From Verrucomicrobiota bacterium (GTDB taxonomy: Bacteria; Verrucomicrobiota; Verrucomicrobiia; Verrucomicrobiales; Akkermansiaceae), in NCBI GenBank assembly GCA_046051965.1, contig JBJONG010000018.1:13094-77093 (forward strand): a stretch of 64,000 bases of DNA, written 5' to 3'. Shown piece after piece: positions 19,936-29,439 of this stretch. Both the position numbers and the translations under genes were made by a program. The notes beneath the pieces were generated by a model. The model searched no databases, was not told the DNA's origin, and saw only the letters and a program-made list of their open reading frames with translations. Each line of letters opens with the position of its first letter. Within the stretch, counting starts at the first letter, position 1.

Positions 19936-21071
19936 GTGAAGATCGAACAGATTGGGAAAGTGAACCGCTCCATATCGAGGTGGTTACGGATACGTTTGTG
20001 CCGGATATCAATGGTGTCGCCAATTCATTAGGGCGCCTTTGCAAAGGACTGCGTCTGCGCGGACATCGCGTGGAAATCATTCGCACGGGGCGGGCAAATG
20101 GAGACTTTGAAACCTCCGTGATGTCGTGGCCTTTGCCGGGATATTGGGAAATCAAAGTGGGTGCGCCATGGCCGGGCGAGCTGCGCCGGCGCTGGCGGCG
20201 GGATCGGCCAGATATCGTGTATGTGGCCATCGAGACGCCCTTAGGTTTTTCCGCCGTGGCCGCAGCGCGTCGCCTGGGGATACCGGTGGTCGGCGGCTTT
20301 CACACGAATTTCTTCGAATACCTCAAAACATACGGGGTGAACTGGGTGGGTCAGCAAGTTTGGCGTTATCAAAAATGGTTTCATGGACGGCTCGCCCGCA
20401 CCTTGGTGCCCTCGCCCGATACGCGTGAGAAATTGTCGCGCGCAGGGTTCGGCAACGTGGCGGTTCTCGGGCGCGGCGTGGATACGGATTTGTTCACACC
20501 CGCGAAGCGGAGCGAAGCCTTGCGCCGCGAGATCGGCGTGAAAGGTGACGCGCCGGTGGTGCTGGTGGTGGGGCGGGTGGCCCCGGAAAAGAACATCGAA
20601 CTGACGCTCCGGGCGTTTGTCGAGATGCGCAAATTGCGCCCTGATCTCATCTGCCGCGTCATCGGCGATGGCCCGGTGCGCGGAAAACTGCAGCGTGAGC
20701 ACCCGCAAGTGCAGTTTCCCGGATATCTGGTCGGCGAGGAATTGGCCGCGTGTTATGCCTCAGCGGATATCTTGCTGTTTCCGAGCGCGACGGAAACATT
20801 CGGCAACGTCCTCCTCGAAGGCATGGCCAGCGGTCTTGCGATCCTAGGCTACGACCATGCCGCCGCTGCCTGGCACGGTGTGGATGGCGAAAATTTATTG
20901 AAGGTGGAGAAAGGCGATGAGGCCGCTTTTCTGGCAGCTTCCGTGAAACTTCTCGATCCCGCGATGCGCGCCAGGCTCGGTGCCGCTGCCCGCCGAACCA
21001 GTGAGACACTTTGCTGGTCGGGAATCGTCGCCGAGTTGGAAGGGATCTTCCGAGAAGTCATTTCGGAATAA
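19932..21071 (+). CDS. Glycosyltransferase family 4 (PimA/MgdA-like)
   Basis: VTDTFVPDINGV, VGRVAPEKN and FPSATETFGNVLLE; the probable TTG start overlaps the kpsC stop. Confidence 0.9.
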   Translation: MSEDRTDWESEPLHIEVVTDTFVPDINGVANSLGRLCKGLRLRGHRVEIIRTGRANGDFETSVMSWPLPGYWEIKVGAPWPGELRRRWRRDRPDIVYVAIETPLGFSAVAAARRLGIPVVGGFHTNFFEYLKTYGVNWVGQQVWRYQKWFHGRLARTLVPSPDTREKLSRAGFGNVAVLGRGVDTDLFTPAKRSEALRREIGVKGDAPVVLVVGRVAPEKNIELTLRAFVEMRKLRPDLICRVIGDGPVRGKLQREHPQVQFPGYLVGEELAACYASADILLFPSATETFGNVLLEGMASGLAILGYDHAAAAWHGVDGENLLKVEKGDEAAFLAASVKLLDPAMRARLGAAARRTSETLCWSGIVAELEGIFREVISE

Positions 21072-21178
21072 GCGATGCTGCCCGCGCTTGCTTTCAAGCG
21101 GCTCCCGGCCGCCTGCTCGCCATCGCCGACTCGCGAAGACTTGCGGGTCTGGAGCCGACCTGTCAGAAACGGGTGACG

Positions 21179-24100
21179 ATGGACGGTGAAGGCGAGTGGA
21201 AAGGCCCCGGTGGCGGGCGGCGCGTGGCGGGCAAGCGTGGTTGGCTCGCCAAACTGCCGGCTTGGCTGCCGGGTGCCGGGAAATTCAAGCGCATCGGGAA
21301 GCGTGCCGAGGGACAGGTCGGGGCATTGGTCGATTCCTTCGCAGCCTTTGCCACGCTGGACGACGTGCTCAGCGCGGCCGAGGCGGATCTGATCCTCGAC
21401 ATGCTGCGCAGCGCCTTTCCCGAGGTGGATCATGCCTGGCTCACGCGGCGGCTGCGGCGCGCGGTGAAAAGCCCCAAGCCGATGCAAGGGCTCGCCACCG
21501 AGCTGCGCGAAAGCCTCGACGACACCGGCAAGCTCGCCGTGGGCTTGCAGCTTTTCACCCTGGTGGATGCGGCGGGCCGTTCCGAGCGGAGCCGGGCGAG
21601 CTTCGAGATTTTCATGCGCCGCCTCGGCCAGCCCGAGATGGGCACGGCGATCATGCGCGAGATGCGCGGCGAAGAGGGTGATCTCCCGGTGGCGGAGCTG
21701 CCTTTCGAGAAACTCGTTTTCGGCGGCAAGGAAGCGGATGTCACCCTGCCTCCTGCGGCGGGCGCGCAGGAATTCCGCATCTACCGCGCCGGGGATCTCA
21801 TCCTCCTGCGCAACACCGGTGCGCTGCCTCTCTGGGTGCGAGGGAAATCCCTGGCCACCGGTGCGTTCATGCGTGTCCGCGAGCGGCAGGAACTCGTCAT
21901 CCCCGGCTGGCTGATGACCTACGACGACCTCCGGTTTTTCCTGGATGTCCGGAAAATGGGCAGCATGCCCGCGCTCTATTTGGAGGCCGGCGATGAGGGA
22001 CTGATCGCGGAACGGACCCGCATCCGCACCAGTGAACTGCGCGTCCGCTTCGGCCTGGAGGCGGAGGTCGAGGCCTTGGCGGACACGGAGCTTCACGTCG
22101 GCAGCAAGGGAGCCTTGAAAAAGGGCGATATCGTCACGTGCCACAACCATGAACGCGTCGGCGGCCCGTCCGGATTCAGCCTCACGGTAAATGATTTGCG
22201 CAAACGGGCCCTGCAATCGGGGCGGCGGTTCCGGCTCGCCTCAGAGAAGCAGGAATATCTTGTTTCCAACGACGCGACCGCGCTCAGGAGCGGAGATCTG
22301 CTGCTCGGCGCAAAGCTCGCGCCCAAGACCGTGCTCTTCATCCACTACGATGGCGAGGGCTCCAGCGGGTTTCTCGAAATCCGTGAGTCCGGCGGCCCGG
22401 TGCTGGTGGATGGTTTGCCCGTCAGACAGCGCGCCACCTTGCGCGACGGATCGCTCATACGCCTCTCCGGCAGCCAAGCCGTGCGCTGCCGCTTTTCCGA
22501 GGGCTTCCTCGACGAGGAGCGCACACAGATCGAATCCCTTGAAGTCGATGGCCTGAACCATGATTTCGGAAAAGGCGCACGGGCCCTGGATCAAATCAGC
22601 TTCGAGGTGAAGCGCGGCGAGATGCTCTGCATTATCGGCCCCAGCGGGAGCGGGAAAAGCACGCTCCTGGCGGTGCTTTCCGGTCAACGCAAGCCGACGC
22701 GCGGTCGCGTGAAGCTCAACGGCATCTCCCTTTACGATCACCGAAAAAGGCTGGTGCCCTTCATCGCCCACATGCCGCAGGAGGAGTCGCTCAACCCGCA
22801 GCTCACCGTCCGCGAGCACCTGCTCCACGGCGTCATGATACGCCGCCCCGGCCTCACCCGCGCCGAACACGAACGCCGCGTGGACAGCATGCTCGCAGAG
22901 CTTGGCCTGCAAAGCATCGCGCGGCGCAGGGTCGGCTCGCCCGGCGACAAGACCATTTCCGGCGGCGAGCGCGGGCGGCTCAATCTCGGAGTCGATCTCG
23001 GCAGCCGCGCGGAGGTCTTCCTTTTCGACGAACCCATCTCCGGCCTCTCCTCAAAAGACTCCGAGCACGTCGCCGAAACCTTGCGAGCGCTCGCCCGCGA
23101 AAAAATCGTCATCGCCTCCCTCCACCGACCCGGCGCGGGAGTGCTCAGGCTGTTCGACAAAGTGCTGCTTCTCGATAGCGGCGGGAAACTCGCCTACTTC
23201 GGCACACCATCCGCCATGGTCGGCTATTTCCGCGAAGCCTGCGAGGAGCTCGGCATCCCTCACCCTTCCATGATCGCCAAGACCCCGCTCGGCGCGGACT
23301 TCGTCTTCGATATCCTGGAAACCCCGCTAAACGCGATCGGCGACGGCGGCAACACCGGCGCGGCCCGCCGTTTCCCGCCGACCTTCTGGCAGGAGCGCTT
23401 CGAGAGCGCGGCCCTGCTGAAATCGCTGGCGCGCGATACCGCACCCCCCACCCGCATCGGTGAGGTGCAGGTCGGCGCGAGGCTTCCCATCCCACCCACG
23501 CCCAGCCGTCCCTGGCGCGCCGTGCTTCTCGTTTTCCTGACCCATTTCCGGCGCTCCATGCTCTCGAAAGTGCGCAATCGCGGCACGATCTACAGCACGT
23601 TTCTTGAAGCTCCGGTTCTCGCCGCGCTCATCGCCATCACCCTCCGCTCCTCGCCGCATGGAAAATACGAGTTCGCCACCGCCCTCCACATACCCGCCTA
23701 CCTTTTCCTCAGCGTCACCGTGGCGATGTTCCTCGGCCTCACCAACTCCGCCACGGAAATCCTGCGCGACCGCGCGGTGCTGCGCCGGGAGCGGAATTGC
23801 CAGCCCGGCGGTGTCTCCTACGTCAGCGCGAAATTCCTCGCGCTCGGCATCGTCGGCGGCGTGCAATGCCTCACCTACCTCCTCGTCGGCAACCATTTCC
23901 TGGAGATCAAGGGCGTCCTCCTCTACCACTGGATCTGGATGACACTCACCGCGCTGACCGGCACCAGCATGGCGCTCCTCGTCTCCTCCTTCGTGAAATC
24001 CGAACGCGCCGCACTCACCGCCGTGCCGCTGCTCCTTGTCCCCCAAATGCTCCTCGCCGGCGCGCTCGTGCCCTTCAAGGAAATGAACCGCGGTCTCTTC

Positions 24101-24706
24101 GATGAAGCAAAGCTCGAACGTGAACGCGGCGGCGTCCCCGTGCCCGCCCGCGTCATGCCCCTGCGCTACGCCTTCGAGGGCATGCTTGTCGCACAGGCCA
24201 CACGCAACCCCTTCGAACTCGAACGCATACGCCTCCAGCGGAAAATCGAACGCGCCCGCGATATGGGCGATGGGCTGAACAAAAATGACATCGAGCGCTT
24301 CGAGATGGTCAAGGAAGGCCTCCGCCGCCTCCTCGCTTCCGGCGCGGAAAACGAGCGTGAAGCCCGCCTGCTCGTCGAGCGCATACGCCGCATGGTCAAC
24401 AAAGGCACACCCATCGAAGTCGCCACCATGAAAGTCTGGCCCGACGGCGCGGGCGCAAAACCGACATACACCTTCTTCGTCAACGAGCGCATCGACCTCC
24501 TCGTCCGCGAGGCCGAAACTTTCCGTAACGACTACCGCAATGAGAAGCCCCGCCACGTCTTCCTCTCCCTGGAAAAACCCGTGCCGTTTCTCGACAAGCA
24601 ACTGGAGAGCATGAAATTCTGCGGCTGGGTGCTGCTGGGCGTCTGCATCAGTTGCGGAGCCATCACCGCCTGGGTCATCGGCAGGCAGAACCGCAGCGTA
24701 ACCTGA
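21179..24706 (+). CDS. ABCG-type fused ABC transporter (TerB-like + FHA-like + NBD + ABC2 membrane domain)
   Basis: GPSGSGKS, ISGGE, FLFDE and SLH; C-terminal ABC2 permease (RAVLRRERN, LLLVPQMLLAG). N-terminal ATLDDVLSAAEADLILDML is TerB-like; GPVLVDGLPV...LRDGSLIRL is FHA-like. Start uncertain. Confidence 0.8.
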   Translation: MDGEGEWKGPGGGRRVAGKRGWLAKLPAWLPGAGKFKRIGKRAEGQVGALVDSFAAFATLDDVLSAAEADLILDMLRSAFPEVDHAWLTRRLRRAVKSPKPMQGLATELRESLDDTGKLAVGLQLFTLVDAAGRSERSRASFEIFMRRLGQPEMGTAIMREMRGEEGDLPVAELPFEKLVFGGKEADVTLPPAAGAQEFRIYRAGDLILLRNTGALPLWVRGKSLATGAFMRVRERQELVIPGWLMTYDDLRFFLDVRKMGSMPALYLEAGDEGLIAERTRIRTSELRVRFGLEAEVEALADTELHVGSKGALKKGDIVTCHNHERVGGPSGFSLTVNDLRKRALQSGRRFRLASEKQEYLVSNDATALRSGDLLLGAKLAPKTVLFIHYDGEGSSGFLEIRESGGPVLVDGLPVRQRATLRDGSLIRLSGSQAVRCRFSEGFLDEERTQIESLEVDGLNHDFGKGARALDQISFEVKRGEMLCIIGPSGSGKSTLLAVLSGQRKPTRGRVKLNGISLYDHRKRLVPFIAHMPQEESLNPQLTVREHLLHGVMIRRPGLTRAEHERRVDSMLAELGLQSIARRRVGSPGDKTISGGERGRLNLGVDLGSRAEVFLFDEPISGLSSKDSEHVAETLRALAREKIVIASLHRPGAGVLRLFDKVLLLDSGGKLAYFGTPSAMVGYFREACEELGIPHPSMIAKTPLGADFVFDILETPLNAIGDGGNTGAARRFPPTFWQERFESAALLKSLARDTAPPTRIGEVQVGARLPIPPTPSRPWRAVLLVFLTHFRRSMLSKVRNRGTIYSTFLEAPVLAALIAITLRSSPHGKYEFATALHIPAYLFLSVTVAMFLGLTNSATEILRDRAVLRRERNCQPGGVSYVSAKFLALGIVGGVQCLTYLLVGNHFLEIKGVLLYHWIWMTLTALTGTSMALLVSSFVKSERAALTAVPLLLVPQMLLAGALVPFKEMNRGLFDEAKLERERGGVPVPARVMPLRYAFEGMLVAQATRNPFELERIRLQRKIERARDMGDGLNKNDIERFEMVKEGLRRLLASGAENEREARLLVERIRRMVNKGTPIEVATMKVWPDGAGAKPTYTFFVNERIDLLVREAETFRNDYRNEKPRHVFLSLEKPVPFLDKQLESMKFCGWVLLGVCISCGAITAWVIGRQNRSVT

Positions 24707-24768
24707 TCGCATTTGAAACCGCTTCATTCCCATCTCTCCCGTCGGATAGAGGGATCACACAAACGGAC

Positions 24769-25448
24769 CGCGGATCTTCAGTCCGCCCCGGAACCCAAGC
24801 CACATCCCCCCGCATCGCCTTCGCGAGCCGCACGCATATCATCCTGGAATCCGCAGTGGGCATTGCGGTATTTCGGATCAAAGATTTTTACAGAAGGCAA
24901 CGAAGTGAACGAAGGATGTTCCAACCCATCCTTCACAGCCCGGTGGCCAAAGAAGCATGTTGGACCATTTCTCAGAAGTCTTTCCGTTTATGGGCGAGTT
25001 GAGATGGTTCTTCGTCCCCAACGGGGACAACGGTGATAGCGAAGGGTGAATCCCCCAAGGATTCACCCTGGTATGAAAAATCCATATCTCCGCGCCCCAA
25101 CGGGGCGCACGGAACTTTGCCTACATCAAACGTTCATGTTTCATCGGCCTCAGTGCGCTCCGTTGGAGCGCGGATCTTCAGTCCGTCCCGGAACCCAAGC
25201 ACATCCCCCCGCATCGCCTTCGCGAGCCTCATCCGCAGTCGGCACTGCGGTATTTCGGATCAAAGATTTTTTACAGAAGGCAACGAAGGGAACGAAGGAT
25301 GTTCCAACCCATCCTTCACATCCCTGTTGCCAAAGAAGCATTTTAGAAATGCCAAGCCTCACGCGAAACCCCTCCGTTGTCTTCGTTGCCTTCTGTAAAA
25401 AATCTGAATTCATTCATCCTCTTACGCACCACGGATCTTCAGCCCGCC
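24769..25448. repeat. Mosaic of REP-like palindromes and a ~180-bp imperfect direct repeat
   Basis: 24769-24958 is nearly identical to 25169-25341; third CGGATCTTCAG(C/T)CCG at 25432. Palindromes GTCCCCAACGGGGAC (25014), AGGGTGAATCC..GGATTCACCCT (25043-25069), GCGCCCCAACGGGGCGC (25092), and TTTTACAGAAGGCAACGAAG with its inverse at 25381-25400. Confidence 0.85.
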
Positions 25449-25475
25449 GTCTTCACCGCCTGGGCCCTGATTGCC

Positions 25476-25674
25476 TCAGGCAGTAGCCCTTTGCGCGATC
25501 GCATCCAGCGGACTCCGCACACCTTTCCCGTTCCCGATCTTCGCCGCGTGGGCATAGATCTCCGTTGTCTTCACGTCCGCGTGGCCCAGCAATTCCTGCA
25601 AAGTCCGGATATCCGCCCCGCCATCCAGGAAATGCGTCGCGAAGGCGTGACGTAGGGCGTGGCTCGTCAATTCA
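25476..25674 (-). pseudogene. intI: C-terminal fragment of an integron-type tyrosine integrase
   Basis: [38 protein letters not shown]...GVRSPLD; the terminal GVRSPLD is characteristic of IntI. Only ~65 codons are present. Confidence 0.8.
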
Positions 25675-25704
25675 CAATTCATAGGGACACAATTCATAGG
25701 GACA
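25668..25704. repeat. Tandem 15-bp duplication at the intI/transposase junction
   Basis: CAATTCA (25668-25674) then CAATTCATAGGGACA twice (25675-25689, 25690-25704). Confidence 0.9.
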
Positions 25705-25752
25705 GACAAAATGCAAGATTGACTCGCCGAAGTTTCCCGCTTTCATCGCCAC

Positions 25753-26817
25753 ATGCGTAAGGCAAGATGGTTGGCGGAATGGGCGGGCAAGGAGGGGAAG
25801 CCCGCGATCTACCACTGCATTTCACGTGTCGTGGATCGTCGTTTCGTGTTCGGGGATGGGGAGCGCGAGGCGTTCCGGATGTTCTTGCGTATGCAGGAGA
25901 ATTTCACGGGCTGCCGGGTTTTGTCGTATTGTGTGATGTCGAACCATTTCCATGTCCTGCTGGAGGTTCCGCCTGTTCCGGAGGGTGGGATTTCCGAGGA
26001 GCTGCTTCTGAAGCGGCTGGGGGCTTTCTATTCCGAGGCTTTTGTGGATGGGGTGGCGAAGGAGCTGGAAAGCGCCCGGAAAGAGGGTGATGAGGCGATG
26101 GTGGCTGAGATCCATGCGCGTTACACCTACCGGATGCACGACCTCAGCGAGTTCATGAAGACGCTGCTGCAAAGGTTCACTCGCTGGTTCAACCGGGAGC
26201 ACAACCGCCGCGGCACCCTGTGGGAGGAGCGCTACAAGAGCGTGATCGTCGAGAGCGGGGTGGCGGCGCGGACGATGGCGGCATACATCGACCTCAATCC
26301 GGTGCGGGCAGGGATGGTATCCGATCCGGCGGATTACCGCTGGAGCAGTTACGGCGAAGCGGTGGGTGGAGGAAAAAAGGGGAACGGGAAGAAGGCGCGG
26401 GAAGGGCTTGTGCGGGCGTGCATGAGCCACAGTGGAATCGGTTTCGAGGCGGAGAAATGGAAGGAGGTTTCAAGGATCTACCGGCGCGCGATGGGGTTGG
26501 CTCTCGGACGAAAGAGCGGTAGGGCGGAGGTTGGCGATGCAAAACACGTGACGATGAACGAGGAGGAGATGCTGTCATCAAAGGACAACGAGACGGTGTT
26601 GCCGGATCTCGGGATTGCCGGGATGTTGATGAAGCGGGTGAGGTATTTTACGGACGGGGCGGTGATCGGCAGCAAGGGATTCGTGAACGAGGCGTTCGCT
26701 GACGCCAGGTGGAGGTTCACGGAGAAACGGCAGGACGGCGCTCGGCGGCTTCGGGGAAGCGGTGCGCCTGCGGCGGGAACTCTTTGGAGCATGCGGGATT
26801 TGCAGGTGGGGATTTGA
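25753..26817 (+). mobile_element. Y1 HUH transposase (IS200-like / REP-associated tyrosine transposase, RAYT)
   Basis: YHCISR, YCVMSNHFHVL (HUH), GTLWEERYKS, AYIDLNPVRAG and YRWSSY. Confidence 0.88.
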
Positions 26818-27235
26818 AGACCCACTGTTGAAAGACGCTCACAAAAATTAGGGGCGATTATTCGAAGGGGCGGCAAGTTGCCGCATTCCAAGCGGATGGG
26901 ATTGCCAGTAATTCCTGTTTGATCCCGGGGGCGCTGTCGCTGGATTCCAGCCGGTCGGAACCAGGCGCGGGTTTCCGACGCAGGTGAATCCTGCTCGTGA
27001 GAAGATCGTGGTTGTGTATCCCTGACGGGCAAAGTTCGCATTGATATCTGATTGATGTTCTGCCTGCCGCAGTTCGTGCATCATGATCGAGCAAGCCTGC
27101 TTGCTGCAGCCCATGAAGGCGAAGTTCGGTTGTGTGCTGCTGTTCGTGGATCCCGTCCCTTTCCGACGGTTGTGTGACCGACTTTGCTTTGACGCTGCGA
27201 ATGGCGCGGCATATGCATCGCACCCCTCACACCGC

Positions 27236-28429
27236 ATGAAGCTCGCCATTCTCTCCTGCTCACCGAAGTGCCACTCCACCCGCCGCCTGATCGAGGCGGG
27301 CCGCAAGCGGGGGCACAAGATCGAGGTGCTCAACACCCTGCGCCTCACGATCGCTCTCGATCAGGGCGATCCGGCTCTTTATTACCACGGGAAATCCCTG
27401 CGCACGCCGGATGCCGTGCTGCCCCGCATCGGCACCTCGATCACGCGCTACGGCACCGCCGTCGTAAGGCAGTTCGAACAGATGGATGTCTTCACGCCGA
27501 ACACTGCGGCCGGCATCAGCAACTCCCGTGACAAGCTCCGCTCGCTCCAGATCCTTTCCCGGCATGATGTCGGCATCCCCACGTCCGCTTACGTCGATGA
27601 CAAGCGCGACCTTGAGGACGCCCTTCAGCGCGTCGGTGGCGCGCCGGTCATCATCAAACTTTTGGAAGGCACCCAGGGAGTCGGTGTCATCCTCGCGGAC
27701 AAGATCGAGATCGCCCGAGCTATCGTCGAGACCCTGCACAGCACCAAGCAACAGGTGCTGCTGCAGAAATTCGTTTCCGAAAGCAAAGGCAAAGATGTGC
27801 GCGCGTTCGTCATCGGGGATCGCGTGGTCGCCGCCATCCGGCGTGTGGCGCAGGGGCAGGAGTTCCGATCAAACGTCCACCGTGGCGGCAAGGCGGAGGC
27901 GATATCCCTTGATCCAGCCTACGAGGAGGCCGCCGTCCGCGCCGCGCAAATCATGGGCTTGCGAATCTGCGGCGTGGACATGCTGGAAGGAAAGGACGGG
28001 CCGCAGATCATGGAGGTGAATTCCTCGCCCGGCCTGGAAGGGATCGAGGGCGCCACCGGCCTAGACATCGCCGGGGAAATCATCGACTACATCGCGGATC
28101 AGGTGAAACTGCCGGAGATCGACATACGCCAGAGACTCACCGTTTCCCGGGGCTACTCGGTGGCGGATATCCACATTCCCATCGGCAGCTCCTATGTGGG
28201 GATGACGATCGAGCAAACGGGTTTGCGCGAGCACGATGTCGTGGTGCTTACCCTCCGCCGCAAGGGAACGGTCATTTCCAATCCCAAAGGCTGCCGCATT
28301 CTGGAAGCCGATGACACACTCCTCTGCTACGGCAGATCCGACCATATGAAAGGACTCATCCCCGCGAAAAAAAGAAACCGCAGGAGAGTGAAAAAGCTCC
28401 CTTCTAAACCGAAAGGCGGCGAGCCGTGA
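27236..28429 (+). CDS. rimK: RimK family alpha-L-glutamate ligase with C-terminal TrkA-C (RCK_C) domain
   Basis: ATP-grasp motifs PRIG, RDKLRSLQIL, KLLEGTQGVGV and MEVNSSPGLEGIE; the extension YVGMTIEQTGLREHDVVVLTLRRKGTVISNP...ILEADDTL is TrkA-C-like. Confidence 0.9.
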   Translation: MKLAILSCSPKCHSTRRLIEAGRKRGHKIEVLNTLRLTIALDQGDPALYYHGKSLRTPDAVLPRIGTSITRYGTAVVRQFEQMDVFTPNTAAGISNSRDKLRSLQILSRHDVGIPTSAYVDDKRDLEDALQRVGGAPVIIKLLEGTQGVGVILADKIEIARAIVETLHSTKQQVLLQKFVSESKGKDVRAFVIGDRVVAAIRRVAQGQEFRSNVHRGGKAEAISLDPAYEEAAVRAAQIMGLRICGVDMLEGKDGPQIMEVNSSPGLEGIEGATGLDIAGEIIDYIADQVKLPEIDIRQRLTVSRGYSVADIHIPIGSSYVGMTIEQTGLREHDVVVLTLRRKGTVISNPKGCRILEADDTLLCYGRSDHMKGLIPAKKRNRRRVKKLPSKPKGGEP

Positions 28430-28881
28430 GCATGACAATCGGCTGGCGTGAGTGGGCGGAATTCCCCAACTGGGGCATACGCCTCAAGGCCAAGGCCGAT
28501 ACCGGCGCGCGCAGCAGCGCCATTGACTGCGCGGAGATCACCGAGCTACCCGGTGACCGCGTGCGTTTCACCGTCCGCCTCGACCGCAAGGACAAGAAGC
28601 TCATCACCCTGGAAGAGGACATCCTGGCGCGGAAAAAAGTCCGCTCCTCCACCGGCCGCCCGACAAACCGGATTTTCGTGGAAACCACATTGTGTCTCGC
28701 CGGAGTTGAGAAACGGGTCGTCGTTTCCCTTGTCTCCCGCAAGCGCATGATCCACCGCCTGCTGCTCGGCCGCGAGGCGCTGGCCAATGATTTCGTTGTC
28801 GATCCCGCCGTGGATCACTGGGCGACGCCGAGAAAGATGCTGCGTAAAAAAATCACGCGGCAGGCACTCCCCGAGCCCTGA
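28426..28881 (+). CDS. RimK-associated putative ATP-dependent zinc/aspartic protease
   Basis: IGWREW, KAKADTGARSSAID and LLLGREAL; GTGA overlap with the rimK stop. Confidence 0.88.
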   Translation: MSMTIGWREWAEFPNWGIRLKAKADTGARSSAIDCAEITELPGDRVRFTVRLDRKDKKLITLEEDILARKKVRSSTGRPTNRIFVETTLCLAGVEKRVVVSLVSRKRMIHRLLLGREALANDFVVDPAVDHWATPRKMLRKKITRQALPEP

Positions 28882-28893
28882 ACCCACAAAAAA

Positions 28894-28926
28894 TCAAAGC
28901 GCGAATGGATGCCCATCGCGCTTTGA
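28894..28926. terminator. Bidirectional rho-independent terminator between convergent genes
   Basis: Stem TCAAAGCGCG(A)...CGCGCTTTGA flanked by A/T runs. Confidence 0.7.
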
Positions 28927-28968
28927 AATCGACCTCTTCTGTGAGGTTTGAAATTTAATCCTGGAGTT

Positions 28969-29439
28969 TCAGTCCTCCTCGGTCACATCGCCTGCATCGA
29001 CGGTGATTGTGAGCGTCGCGGTGACCTGCGGGTTGAGTTTGATCTCCACGGCGGTCTTGCCGGATTTCTTGATCGGCTTGTCGAGCTGGATGGAGTGGCG
29101 GTCGATGGAGATTCCGGCGGCTTCGAGTTCCTTGTGGATGTCCATGTTCGTGACGGAGCCGAACGCCTTGCCGCCTTGGCCGGTGGAAAGGGTGAAGGAC
29201 GGCTTGAGCTTGCCGATCTTGGTGGCGAGCTCCTGGGCGACGACGATTTCCTCGGCTTCGCGGCGGGCGCGCTCGGTCTTGAGGGCTTCGACGTGGCGGA
29301 GGTTCGCCTTGGTCGCTTCGTAGGCCTTGCCTTGCGGGACGAGGTAGTTGCGGGCGTATCCGGCGCGGACTTTGACGACATCGGCTTCGGCTCCAAGGCC
29401 TTCGATTTTTTCTTTGAGGATGACTTGTGCGTTGGCCAT
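28969..29439 (-). CDS. rplI: 50S ribosomal protein L9
   Basis: VILKEKIEGLGAEADVVKVRAGYARNYLVPQG and GKAFGSVT. Confidence 0.97.
   Translation of the reverse strand: MANAQVILKEKIEGLGAEADVVKVRAGYARNYLVPQGKAYEATKANLRHVEALKTERARREAEEIVVAQELATKIGKLKPSFTLSTGQGGKAFGSVTNMDIHKELEAAGISIDRHSIQLDKPIKKSGKTAVEIKLNPQVTATLTITVDAGDVTEED

Noticed and set aside
24769-25448. Repeats considered as a CRISPR array or attC sites
   Set aside because: No constant-length repeat/spacer periodicity and no cas genes; no RYYYAAC...GTTRRRY attC boundaries recognised.
26848-27084. Short minus-strand ORF MMHELRQAEHQSDINANFARQGY...
   Set aside because: It could be a gene fragment, but I recognise no family and it ends in a REP palindrome; unsupported without a search.
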